Source of the DNA: Candidatus Bipolaricaulota bacterium | Lineage (GTDB): Bacteria > Bipolaricaulota > Bipolaricaulia > UBA7950 > UBA9294 | DNA: 64,000 nucleotides | Direction of reading: 5' to 3' | Assembly: GCA_030611415.1 (NCBI GenBank) | Contig: JAUWPW010000002.1 | Location: forward strand, 19,761 to 83,760 | Part shown: piece by piece, positions 9,854 through 19,205 of the stretch | Numbering within the stretch: the stretch's first letter is position 1 | Layout: each line of letters starts with the position of its first letter | Notes under the pieces: generated by a model | The model's input: the letters and a program-made list of their open reading frames with translations, nothing else | Told to the model about the DNA's origin: nothing | The model's database searches: none | Translations under genes and position numbers: made by a program

Positions 9854-10855
9854 ATGGGTTTTGTGGATCGTGTACTGGAACAGAACGAGGATCAGGAAAA
9901 CCCAACTTGGCAAGATGGCATGCGCAAATTGCAGGGCTGGGTCGGTTGGTTGGTGATAGGTGCCATTATCATCATCTATTTCTTGACAGGAATCTATTCT
10001 ATTGGTCCATCGGAAGTGGGATTGTTGAAGCGGTTTGGGCGCTATGTGGAAACCGTTGATCCGGGTCTGCACTATCACCTTCCCGGCCCGATAGAAAGCG
10101 TGGTTATCGTAAATACACTGGGTATACGAAAGGAGGAAATCGGGTTTAGGACAATATCTCCTCCACCTAATCCACGATATCAAGAAATAGAGACAGAGGC
10201 ACTAATGCTCACTGGCGATGGAAATATCATACACATGGAAATGGTAGTTCAGTACAGAGTAAAGGATCCGGAGCAATTCGCGTTCAATCTGATTGACCCC
10301 AGAGTGATTACTAAGCAAGCCGCGGAGGCTGTGCTGCGAAAACAAGTAGCAACAAGAACGGTCGACGAGGCCTTAACCTCCGAGCGTGATCAAATCGGCA
10401 TGAACACACTTATTGCTTTACAGGCCCTCCTTGATAGCTATGGAGCAGGTATTGTAATAAGCAACGCGCAGTTGCAGGATGTAAAACCTCCACGCTCTGT
10501 TGTTTCCGCTTTTGATGATGTGAACAGCGCACGTCAGGACAAAGACAAGCTAATAAATCAAGGAGAGGAATACGCGCTTGATATCGTTCCACGTGCTCGT
10601 GGAAACGCACAAGAGATCTTAAATCAAGCGGCAGCGTACACACAAGAGAGGATCAAGCGGGCGGAAGGAGAAGTCTCCCGTTTTCTAGAAGTCCTTAAGA
10701 AGTACGAACTAGGAGAAGAGGTGACTAGAACACGCATATATATCGAGACAATGGAGAAGATCCTCCCAGGTATGGAGAAGATTATCTTGCCACAACAGGA
10801 TAACGGCATACTCAAGCTGCTCGATCTAAACAGGTTTCCAGAGGGAGGTGAGTAG
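9854..10855 (+). CDS. hflK: HflK, band-7/SPFH membrane protease modulator
   Basis: ATG with AAGGAGGGG SD; N-terminal TM followed by an SPFH domain. Directly followed by hflC. Confidence 0.85.
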   Translation: MGFVDRVLEQNEDQENPTWQDGMRKLQGWVGWLVIGAIIIIYFLTGIYSIGPSEVGLLKRFGRYVETVDPGLHYHLPGPIESVVIVNTLGIRKEEIGFRTISPPPNPRYQEIETEALMLTGDGNIIHMEMVVQYRVKDPEQFAFNLIDPRVITKQAAEAVLRKQVATRTVDEALTSERDQIGMNTLIALQALLDSYGAGIVISNAQLQDVKPPRSVVSAFDDVNSARQDKDKLINQGEEYALDIVPRARGNAQEILNQAAAYTQERIKRAEGEVSRFLEVLKKYELGEEVTRTRIYIETMEKILPGMEKIILPQQDNGILKLLDLNRFPEGGE

Positions 10856-10857
10856 AC

Positions 10858-11745
10858 ATGCGTAAGCTAGTAATCTTTGTTGGGATAGTAGTAGTAGCAT
10901 TGATTGCTTTCAACTTGTTTACCTTTACTGTAGATGAGACCAAAAAGGCTGCAGTTCTTCGCTTTGGAGAGATTATCCGAGTGGTTGAACAACCGGGCCT
11001 CCAACTTAAAATACCATTTATCAATAAGGTTGTATATCTTGACGACCGTGTCCTAAGTTATGACATTCAACCACGTGACATCCTCACCTCTGATCAGAAA
11101 CGATTAACCATCGATAACTATGCTATTTGGCGAGTAGGGGAACCGCAACTATTCATCGAAGCTAATGGGGGAAGGATTTCAACTGCACAGAGCCGCATCG
11201 ATGATATCGTTTACTCGGACTTGCGCGATGTCTTGGCCAAGCACAGCCTGGACGAAATCGTTTCAGAGAAACGGCTGGCGTACTTGCAGGAGGTAACGGC
11301 GACCAGTAGTGCTAAGTTGATAAAGTTTGGGATTAGGCTAATTGATGTGCGCATCAAACGCGCAGATTTGCCAACTGAAATTGAGCAAGCAGTGTTTGCC
11401 AGGATGCGTTCTGAGAGAGAGAGGATTGCTGCTCAGCTTAGAGCTGAGGGAGAGGAAGAAGCAAAGATAATCACCTCGCAAGCAGATAAGGAGCGACAGA
11501 TTATCTTGGCGGATGCACGCAAAGCAGCCGAAGAAGAAATGGGAATAGGGGATGCGCGGGCTTTGGAGATTTATGCCAACGCCTATAACCAAGACGCGGA
11601 TTTTTACCAATTCTGGCGTACCCTGGACTCCTATGAAACAGCGCTTAAGGGTAATACTTCTATCGTGCTCTCCACTGAGTCGGACTATCTCCGTTTCCTG
11701 GACAACTTAGCTGAAGAAAAGAAGGAAGAACAACCTAGCAACTGA
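10858..11745 (+). CDS. hflC: HflC, band-7/SPFH membrane protease modulator
   Basis: N-terminal TM (LVIFVGIVVVALIAF), SPFH domain, acidic coiled-coil tail; 2 nt after hflK. Confidence 0.85.
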   Translation: MRKLVIFVGIVVVALIAFNLFTFTVDETKKAAVLRFGEIIRVVEQPGLQLKIPFINKVVYLDDRVLSYDIQPRDILTSDQKRLTIDNYAIWRVGEPQLFIEANGGRISTAQSRIDDIVYSDLRDVLAKHSLDEIVSEKRLAYLQEVTATSSAKLIKFGIRLIDVRIKRADLPTEIEQAVFARMRSERERIAAQLRAEGEEEAKIITSQADKERQIILADARKAAEEEMGIGDARALEIYANAYNQDADFYQFWRTLDSYETALKGNTSIVLSTESDYLRFLDNLAEEKKEEQPSN

Positions 11746-11804
11746 CAGAGAGAATAAGGAGCGAGGCACAACCACATTTTGTGTGCCTCGCTCGGCCAAG
11801 GGTT

Positions 11805-12050
11805 CTATTCAAGTTCTTCGGGCGACGGAGAAGTGTTATCTTGTGGAGCAACATAACGTCGCCTGCCAAACATAGATCTAGCTATTGCCCCAGCAACAAA
11901 TCCTGCTATTGCGAGACCTGGATATAGCTGTTGTCGAGCAGCGCTAACCTTCCATCCAAGGAAAGTAATATCTACCTGACCGAAGTTCTCAACGATAAAG
12001 ATCGCTACAAGACCAGCAATGACCAAGACACTAAGAAGCTTTCCCTTCAT
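11805..12050 (-). CDS. small membrane protein, LapA/DUF1049-like
   Basis: About 82 aa MKGKLLSVLVIAGLVAIFIVENFGQVDITFLGW... with 2 TM; GGAGGG SD 4 nt upstream. The upstream 90 codons of the ORF-track call look non-coding. Confidence 0.45.
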   Translation of the reverse strand: MKGKLLSVLVIAGLVAIFIVENFGQVDITFLGWKVSAARQQLYPGLAIAGFVAGAIARSMFGRRRYVAPQDNTSPSPEELE

Positions 12051-12222
12051 TAGACCCTCCAATAACTGACAGGATACCATCTTTGCAGCGTTACGCCAAC
12101 TTATATGATCGAAGTCGCGGAAGGATACAGTTGTCCATTCCCTCTGCCTGAAACGCTCACTTGACCTGGGTGCGGTGTTCTGCCATACTTCTACCGGATG
12201 AGAGAGGTGAGGGGGGTACAAA

Positions 12223-12798
12223 GTGAAAAAACTTGTTGTCTTAATTGGCCATTCCGGGTCGGGAAAAACGATTTTTTGTGAGAGCCATCCAGACTGGGCA
12301 GTGGTATCGAAGGATCGCATTCGGCGAATGGTTTTCCATCGGGACTTCGACCTTTCCTATGAGGAAGCTGTGAATCGGATCTTCGCCGCCGTCCTTGTCG
12401 AGACAGTTGAATCCCCCGCGGAAGTTGTGTGTGTCGACAATACCAATCTAACACGTGAGCAGCGATGCTCCTTGGTTGAGGTGGCACTTGCCTCTGGACG
12501 CGAGCCGGTCGCACATGTCATGTCCCTCCTGCCCCTTGAACCCCTCTACAAACGGAAACAAGCCCAACTCCAGGAACTTGCTTCGGGATATCCGCAAGTC
12601 CGCGTGAGTGGGTTTGAACGGGTTCGCTACGAGCGCATCTATCTTTCTTATGAGGCGATCGGTAAAGATGAGGGGTTTGCTAGAGTCATCCAGGAGGCTC
12701 CGCTGCTTCAGCCACGACAGAGCAAACGAGTCCGTAAGGTGCGGCGTGCGCGTAGTAAAAGAGTCCCCGAGCTCAAGCCTCTTCCTCTCTTTACCTAG
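12223..12798 (+). CDS. P-loop kinase (AAA_33 / polynucleotide-kinase-like) with basic C-terminal tail
   Basis: GHSGSGKT Walker A after a GTG start with GAGGTGAGGGGGG SD; C-terminal RKVRRARSKR tail. Confidence 0.55.
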   Translation: MKKLVVLIGHSGSGKTIFCESHPDWAVVSKDRIRRMVFHRDFDLSYEEAVNRIFAAVLVETVESPAEVVCVDNTNLTREQRCSLVEVALASGREPVAHVMSLLPLEPLYKRKQAQLQELASGYPQVRVSGFERVRYERIYLSYEAIGKDEGFARVIQEAPLLQPRQSKRVRKVRRARSKRVPELKPLPLFT

Positions 12799-12972
12799 CC
12801 TCTCTCTATCCAAAGAGCTAATAGCACCCATTCGGCTTTCCACTCTATAAGAACCACGCCCTGCTACCGCAGTAACTTGAACAATACCTCATATCCCAGT
12901 CGTCCTTGCAGAGAGATGGAGGATGATATATGGTTTTGTACACATCTCTTGAAGCTGCAGGAGGAGACAGGA

Positions 12973-14013
12973 GTGAGAGAGCGGACAATACGGATCGTGC
13001 TCGTTGGCCTGGGAAATCTGGGCCGGCGTTTTGTACTGCTTCTCTCTAAGAAGGGCTCCACGCTTCGCGCATCCTATGGTCTCGATCTCCGCGTGGTTGG
13101 CGCGGCAGACTCCCGCGGTATCGCCGAGAACGCCAGTGGACTAGACCTTGAGAACCTCGTTCGGATCAAGGAGGCAGGCGGATCCGTGGGCGATTACCCA
13201 AAGGTAGGCAAGAGGGGCATTAGTGCATTGTCGCTTGTGGCCAAACTGGAGGCCGACATCCTCTGCGAGGCATCCCCTGTGCACCTGAATACCGGCGGCG
13301 AACCAGGAATCTCGTGCATCCGCACCGCTCTCTCGCGAGGTATGCACGTCGTGACACCGAACAAAGGGCCAATCGTTCTTGCCTACCGGGAACTAACCCA
13401 ACTCGCAGCAAAGCACGGCGTATGTCTTCGTTTCGGCGGGACGGTCGCTGGCGGCCTTCCCGTGCTCTATCTTGGAATGCGAGACCTACGCGGAGCCACG
13501 ATCGACTGCATCCAGGCGATTCCCAACCTTGTTACCGGGCTCATCCTTGACCTTCTTGGTGAGGGCATCACCTGGGAAGATGCGCTCACTCGCGCGCGGA
13601 CAGAAGGCGTACTTGAGGCAGACGAAAGTTGGGACATCGATGGCTGGGATGCGGCAGCGAAACTTGCGATCCTGGCTAATTCGGTCCTTGATTTTCCAGC
13701 TCGCCTGGAGGATGTCAAACGAAAGGGAATCAGGGAGATTGATCCCAACCTGGTAAGGCAAGAAGCTGAACATGGGCGAAAGATGCGGCTTCTTGCTGTC
13801 GCCACACGAACAGAGAAGGGAACGTACACACTTGTGGTCGAGCCACGCGCCCTTCCAGCCAAACACCCCTTGGGACGCCTTGGCGGGAAAGAGATGGGAA
13901 TCGTATATCACACCGACATTTACGGGACCATCACCGCAATTATTGAGGAGGCTACTCCGATGCCTTCCGCGGCGACAATGTTACGCGACATCCTGGATAT
14001 CACCATCTCATAG
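12973..14013 (+). CDS. hom: homoserine dehydrogenase
   Basis: IRIVLVGLGNLGRRF NAD-binding N-terminus and HSD catalytic domain. Start chosen at GTG 12973 after AGGAGGAG; alternative ATGs at 12916 and 12877. Confidence 0.75.
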   Translation: MRERTIRIVLVGLGNLGRRFVLLLSKKGSTLRASYGLDLRVVGAADSRGIAENASGLDLENLVRIKEAGGSVGDYPKVGKRGISALSLVAKLEADILCEASPVHLNTGGEPGISCIRTALSRGMHVVTPNKGPIVLAYRELTQLAAKHGVCLRFGGTVAGGLPVLYLGMRDLRGATIDCIQAIPNLVTGLILDLLGEGITWEDALTRARTEGVLEADESWDIDGWDAAAKLAILANSVLDFPARLEDVKRKGIREIDPNLVRQEAEHGRKMRLLAVATRTEKGTYTLVVEPRALPAKHPLGRLGGKEMGIVYHTDIYGTITAIIEEATPMPSAATMLRDILDITIS

Positions 14014-14050
14014 GCTGTTATGGCACCTGCGTAGTCTGTAGTATTATTGG

Positions 14051-15352
14051 CTAATCATCTGCTCTCGTGGCCTTTTCCTCTTTGACGAAATAGAGAGCAA
14101 ATAAAGCCATAGAGGCCAGGGCTGCCCAGAGAATAAAGGGTAAACTCAGATCGATATCAGCTAAGCTATTGCCAAAGAGAGGAGAAATAAGGCCACCTAG
14201 TTGGGAAAAGGCCATTACCAACCCCACCGCTGTTCCGGCACGAGTTACTCCAACCCCTTTTGTCTCTATGATCATGGTGATAAGGATTGCCATGAAGCCA
14301 TCGCGAACGATGCCAGCAACCGCCACTGAGACCCAAACCGCTGGGCCCCGAGCAATTGATAACAACCCCACTCCAATCGTAGTCATTAGCGTGGCTGCAA
14401 TGAGAACCACTTTCCTTGAGCCAAGCCTATCGGATAGTAAGGCCAGTGGGACAACGAAGACCGTGCTAATCCCGTGGAAAGCAGCCAATGCCCCATCAGC
14501 GCCAGTCGCCGGCCATCCAATCTCCCGCAAATACAGTGGCAGGTAGCCAAGCATCCCCTGGATACAGCCTCCTATGCCCAGCATGGCTAGTCCGAGAAGC
14601 CACACACTTCTGAGACGGACTACATGCAACAATGCCTGGCGTAGTGGCACTGCGCTTGCATTACTAGCTGATGGAGCCTTACCGGGTATGGGCCGTATGA
14701 AATGCCACAGGAAACTGATTGCAATCGAGATGAGACCGTAGAAAAACAGGACATTCCTCCAGCCACCAAGCCAGGGGGATAATACTGAAGCGCTAATCAT
14801 TGACCCGACCAGAAAACCAAGCGCCATGCCCATCGATACAATACTATTAGCCAGCCCCAAACGCCGTGCCGAAAACCAGGTGGCACAGGTTTTGTGAACG
14901 TTTGTTGGTATAGCTTGGATCAAGAAGCCAAACAGAAAGACAGTTACTGTCAAAGTAGCAAAGCTGCCCGAGAATCCCCTCAGTGCACCAACTACTCCAA
15001 CTAGTAAACAGGTTAGCTCCAGAGTGCGCTTTGCCCCAAACCGATCGCCGAGCGAGCCACCGATCAGTCCCGTGAGAATGCCGCTCGCAGAGCCTACACC
15101 CCATATCGCACCTATCTGAAGGAGGCTCAACCCCAAGTCCTCGGATATCTCCTTGAAGAGGACGGGCATGCACATCGTCGGCATGGCGACCGCAAAGGAG
15201 TGGGTTAGTGTCGCCAGGGCAAGTACACACCACTTGTATTTCGATTGGCTATTGCTGCTCTTCACATGAGCCTTTTGCAGAATGGCCTCGCAAGGTGTCG
15301 AGGTTGCTAGCACTGATAGTAGCCTAGTATCATCTGAAAAGCTATGATCCAA
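14051..15352 (-). CDS. MFS transporter
   Basis: 433 aa with about 12 predicted TM helices and an MFS-like D-R-x-G-R-R-type loop (LGDRFGAKR). Confidence 0.8.
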   Translation of the reverse strand: MDHSFSDDTRLLSVLATSTPCEAILQKAHVKSSNSQSKYKWCVLALATLTHSFAVAMPTMCMPVLFKEISEDLGLSLLQIGAIWGVGSASGILTGLIGGSLGDRFGAKRTLELTCLLVGVVGALRGFSGSFATLTVTVFLFGFLIQAIPTNVHKTCATWFSARRLGLANSIVSMGMALGFLVGSMISASVLSPWLGGWRNVLFFYGLISIAISFLWHFIRPIPGKAPSASNASAVPLRQALLHVVRLRSVWLLGLAMLGIGGCIQGMLGYLPLYLREIGWPATGADGALAAFHGISTVFVVPLALLSDRLGSRKVVLIAATLMTTIGVGLLSIARGPAVWVSVAVAGIVRDGFMAILITMIIETKGVGVTRAGTAVGLVMAFSQLGGLISPLFGNSLADIDLSLPFILWAALASMALFALYFVKEEKATRADD

Positions 15353-15394
15353 TACGACTATTCGCTTGATACTTGATCTGTCGGACGGCGTGCA

Positions 15395-15432
15395 AGAGTA
15401 CCTGTGTCAATATGCGTGAACGTAGGTACTCT
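15395..15432. promoter_or_regulatory. 9-bp inverted repeat AGAGTACCT-N20-AGGTACTCT in divergent intergenic region
   Basis: Perfect 9-bp arms read directly; lies between the MFS transporter (minus) and the 15478 gene (plus). Candidate operator. Confidence 0.35.
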
Positions 15433-15477
15433 CTTTCGTATACTTCATGAATACAGTGTGACGATCCTTGTAGTGAG

Positions 15478-16662
15478 GTGAAGAAAATGAGTAAATCGGC
15501 AGTAGAGCTTGCTCAGGATGCAATGTCAGCCTATGAACAGCTTGATAGCTTCGAGCTTACACAAAAGATCAATGCTGGAAAGATCAGTGTAGAGGCACAT
15601 ATCCGGTACAAGAAGCCGGGCAAGATGACGGTAGAGTATCGCACCTATCAGGATCCACTATCTGAATTTGAAGAAAGACTGGCAGGTGGAGTGGAGTTTG
15701 TGGGTAGTGAACTTATTGGGATGCAGCTCATATACGACGGACATGGCACGTGGATCTATGATGCTGGTAATAACGTAGCCTTACACAAGCCTGGAAAAAA
15801 GCTGTACTCACCACTTCGCGGGTCAAGTAGCCTGGGCGAGGTAGGCTTTTTGCGTGGGTTGACTCGTGATTTCCTACTACGAGATGAGAAGGCTCAGGCT
15901 ATCGCCGGCCGTAATGCACATTGTATAGGACTAAAACCAAAGGTGAGTCATCGCTCATTCTTACTGAAAGAAGAGAGCTTTCCGATAAAGAGGGCAACGT
16001 TAGTACTCGACGCAGAAACATCCTTTCCATTGAAAATCAGCTACTATCCGACACAGCTTTCCCCTACGGCTTATCTGGTAGCACCGGGTACGCCAATCGT
16101 AATAGAGTACGTCAACCCACAACTAAACAAGGTTGATGATCGAAGGTTTTCATTTACCCCACCTGAAGGGACGCGGGTGTTTCGTGAACAGGTAGTAGGA
16201 AAGGACAGGTTGGGCGAGCTGCTTCCGTTTGATCTGACATTAGAGGTGCTGGAGGGCGATGAAAAGTATGAGCTCTACAACGATAGGGCAATGCTAACAA
16301 TCAATGAAGAAGAGGATCGTGGTTATGCCTTGTTGACACTTGTGCCGCGACAGGAGAATGAAGAAGAGGAACGTGAGTCAGCCGTGCTTTCTTTGTGTGT
16401 TGGAAACTACCTGTCGCGAAATATGAACCGACGCCGAGCATTCCTCTCCGAGCAAGGAGAAAAACTGACACTAGGCAAGGTAACGGCACAGTTTCTCGAT
16501 CGCGGTGCATTGGTCGAAGACCAACTTCCTGCTGGAATGAAGCGAGAGATCATGGAGTTAGGATGGAAAAAGGGTGAAACTTACTGGTTTCTATTAGCGG
16601 AGGAACTCGATAAAGAATCCCTGGTGAAATATGCCAAAGCACTTGCTAAAACGGAAGAATGA
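15478..16662 (+). CDS. hypothetical protein (394 aa, no signal peptide, acidic C-terminal half)
   Basis: Long ORF with coding-like composition; no confident family assignment. Confidence 0.5.
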   Translation: MKKMSKSAVELAQDAMSAYEQLDSFELTQKINAGKISVEAHIRYKKPGKMTVEYRTYQDPLSEFEERLAGGVEFVGSELIGMQLIYDGHGTWIYDAGNNVALHKPGKKLYSPLRGSSSLGEVGFLRGLTRDFLLRDEKAQAIAGRNAHCIGLKPKVSHRSFLLKEESFPIKRATLVLDAETSFPLKISYYPTQLSPTAYLVAPGTPIVIEYVNPQLNKVDDRRFSFTPPEGTRVFREQVVGKDRLGELLPFDLTLEVLEGDEKYELYNDRAMLTINEEEDRGYALLTLVPRQENEEEERESAVLSLCVGNYLSRNMNRRRAFLSEQGEKLTLGKVTAQFLDRGALVEDQLPAGMKREIMELGWKKGETYWFLLAEELDKESLVKYAKALAKTEE

Positions 16663-16745
16663 CAGCGACAAACGACGAGAGACTTCAACCTGCGTAGAAA
16701 TATGCATGAGAAGCAGATTTAGCTAAGCTAAGGAGAGTAAGAACT

Positions 16746-18101
16746 ATGGCGAACAATCCTTCCTCGCACATTACCAAAGAGCAACTAGAAACCTTTGAAG
16801 ATGCATTCAATAGCAGCCCCAAGAACCGTCTTTCTCTTAATGCTGTAACAAAGAACTCCGTTCACTCCGTAGCATTAAACCGTTCAGTGGTGGCAGGCAC
16901 TAATCATACTTTCTCTCATGAGTTGCCGAGCAATGAAATCACCGAGCAAAAGAAGACTGGACGGTGTTGGTTATTCTCAGGGCTAAATGTGTTGCGAACT
17001 GAAGCGATAAGACACCTAAACGTAAAGAAGTTTGAGCTGTCACAAACCTACATGATGTTTTGGGATAAACTAGAGAAATCCAATTATTTCTTGGAAAGTG
17101 TAATCTCCACTGTTAGAGAGCCGATCAACGGACGCCTGTTCATGTTCTTACTCAAGAACCCGATTCAAGACGGTGGCCAGTGGGACATGTTCGTTAACTT
17201 GGTCAAGAAGTACGGCGTGGCGCCAAAGCAAGTAATGCCAGAAACGCAGAGCAGCAGTGACTCACGAGTGATGAATGCCATTATCACTGCAAAACTGCGT
17301 GAGTATGCGGCCGAGCTTCGTCGTGCGCATGAGCAAGGCGCGAATAGTGAGGTACTACAAGTGCGCAAGGTAGAAATGCTAAGCATCATCTACCGGATGC
17401 TCTCTATTCACCTGGGTCAACCACCTCGGCGATTCTTCTGGCAATGGCACGACAAAAAGGAGGAATTTCACCGTGCCGGTGAGATCACCCCGCTAGAATT
17501 CTTCGAGCGCTATGTGCAGTACGATCTTGACTCAATTGCATGCCTTATCAATTGCCCCACAGCCGACAAACCGTTCAATAAGCTGTACACAATAGAATAC
17601 TTGGGCAACGTCGTCGATGGCCGGATCATCCGCTATTTGAATGTAGAGATGTCCGTGTTTAAGCAGGCAGCTGTGAACATGATCAAGGCCAAACGACCTG
17701 TGTGGTTTGGGTGCGATGTAGGGAAAATGATGGAGCGTGACTTAGGGATTCTTGATCCAGGAATTTATGACTATGGGCTTGTTTATGGCTCCGAATTCAA
17801 GTTCGATAAGGCACAGCGTGTGGACTACGGGCAAAGCATGATGACACACGCAATGGTATTGACAGGAGTAGACCTCGACTCCTCAGATCTACCGACCAAG
17901 TGGCGGGTTGAGAACAGTTGGGGAGATAAACTCGGCGATAAGGGATTCTTCGTGATGAGTGATCGCTGGTTCAACGAGTACATATATGAGATCGCCCTAG
18001 AAAAGAAGTACCTACCCGATAAACTGCTTCCTATCCTAGAAACGGAGCCCGTTAGATTACCACCTTGGGATCCGATGGGAGCATTGGCGATTGCCCCCTA
18101 G
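16746..18101 (+). CDS. pepC: aminopeptidase C / bleomycin hydrolase (peptidase C1B)
   Basis: QKKTGRCWLFSGLN active-site Cys region; C1B length; AAGGAG SD. Confidence 0.85.
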   Translation: MANNPSSHITKEQLETFEDAFNSSPKNRLSLNAVTKNSVHSVALNRSVVAGTNHTFSHELPSNEITEQKKTGRCWLFSGLNVLRTEAIRHLNVKKFELSQTYMMFWDKLEKSNYFLESVISTVREPINGRLFMFLLKNPIQDGGQWDMFVNLVKKYGVAPKQVMPETQSSSDSRVMNAIITAKLREYAAELRRAHEQGANSEVLQVRKVEMLSIIYRMLSIHLGQPPRRFFWQWHDKKEEFHRAGEITPLEFFERYVQYDLDSIACLINCPTADKPFNKLYTIEYLGNVVDGRIIRYLNVEMSVFKQAAVNMIKAKRPVWFGCDVGKMMERDLGILDPGIYDYGLVYGSEFKFDKAQRVDYGQSMMTHAMVLTGVDLDSSDLPTKWRVENSWGDKLGDKGFFVMSDRWFNEYIYEIALEKKYLPDKLLPILETEPVRLPPWDPMGALAIAP

Positions 18102-18125
18102 CTCTCATTCTTCCGCATCCTGCAC

Positions 18126-19205
18126 TCAGGAAACGGGGAAAAGCAGCCCCGCACCAGGGGAAAAAGATAGTTTAACCTTACTCCCACTGCTGATGGTTTC
18201 GGCTTGGCGGGTATCCACCCGTGCACGGAGCAAACCAAACTGGGTTTTCAGGTGAACGATAGATGTCTCGCCACGGTATTGGCGTGAAGCCACCTGGGCA
18301 GAGATAGTGTTTTGTCCGCCTTCTCTGAGTTGCATGTGCTCCTCTTTGACAAACAGTGAAACGTGATCGCCTGGTGTTATCTGTGAAGTATCAAGGTCAT
18401 CCGGTAAACCTGCCTCACTGGTGACAAAGAAGAGGAACTCTCCCACTTTTACCGATATCAAGCCGTGTTTAATCACTGTTACCGTGCCCGAGAAACGGTT
18501 TGCTCGGCCAATAAATGAGGCGACAAACTCAGTTTGCGGATGCTCGTATACTTTCTGTGGTGTGCCGATTTGTTGGATCACTCCAGACTGCATTACCACG
18601 ATTCGATCGGCCAGAGATAATGCCTCTGCTTGATCATGGGTAACGTATACGGTGGATAAGGTTAACTCTTGTTGGATATTGCGAATTTGCATGCGTAGCG
18701 ACTCTCGCAAGCTGGCATCAAGTGCGGAGAGTGGTTCGTCTAAGAGAAGCAAGCGCGGACGTGGGGCAAGTGCACGTGCTAGTGCAACTCGTTGCTGTTG
18801 CCCAGAGGAAAGCTCGGCCGGGGTTCGTCGCTCGAATCCCCTAAGATCTACAAGATCTAGGAGTTCTCTTACACGACGTTTTGTGGGGATCCCCCGATTA
18901 AATCGAGTCCCGTAAGCAATATTTCTCGCCACGTTCATATGAGGAAACAGAGCATAGTTCTGAAAAACGAACCCAATCTGCCGATCTTCCGGTGGATCAT
19001 TCAAGATGCTGCGGCCATCGATTGTTATCCTGCCCCCATTTGGGCGATCAAATCCGGCGATAAGGCGCAAGGTGGTGGTCTTCCCACAACCCGATGGTCC
19101 AAGCAGAGTAAGGAATTCTCCTTGGCTAAGGGTAAAACTTATCCTGTACAGCGCATTTACTTTGCCAAATGACTTGGTGAGGTTCTCTACTACAAGCTCT
19201 GGCAC
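18126..19205 (-). CDS. ABC transporter ATP-binding protein with C-terminal TOBE domain (thiamine importer by context)
   Basis: GPSGCGKTT Walker A, LSGGQQQRVALARAL signature, TOBE-like C-terminus. Last gene of the riboswitch-controlled operon. Confidence 0.8.
   Translation of the reverse strand: MPELVVENLTKSFGKVNALYRISFTLSQGEFLTLLGPSGCGKTTTLRLIAGFDRPNGGRITIDGRSILNDPPEDRQIGFVFQNYALFPHMNVARNIAYGTRFNRGIPTKRRVRELLDLVDLRGFERRTPAELSSGQQQRVALARALAPRPRLLLLDEPLSALDASLRESLRMQIRNIQQELTLSTVYVTHDQAEALSLADRIVVMQSGVIQQIGTPQKVYEHPQTEFVASFIGRANRFSGTVTVIKHGLISVKVGEFLFFVTSEAGLPDDLDTSQITPGDHVSLFVKEEHMQLREGGQNTISAQVASRQYRGETSIVHLKTQFGLLRARVDTRQAETISSGSKVKLSFSPGAGLLFPVS

Noticed and set aside
12799-12972. SAM-riboswitch-like start (CTCTTGAAG...AGGAGGAGA) upstream of hom
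   Set aside because: Only the first approximately 20 nt vaguely resemble an S-box; the obligatory downstream conserved elements (the pseudoknot-forming and terminal S-box consensus segments) are absent.
13141-13911. Multiple overlapping ORFs on both strands inside hom (13220..13411-, 13314..13550+, 13467..13862-, 13486..13911-, 13472..13756+)
   Set aside because: Arg/Ser-rich translations typical of off-frame GC-rich sequence; hom frame is the conserved one.
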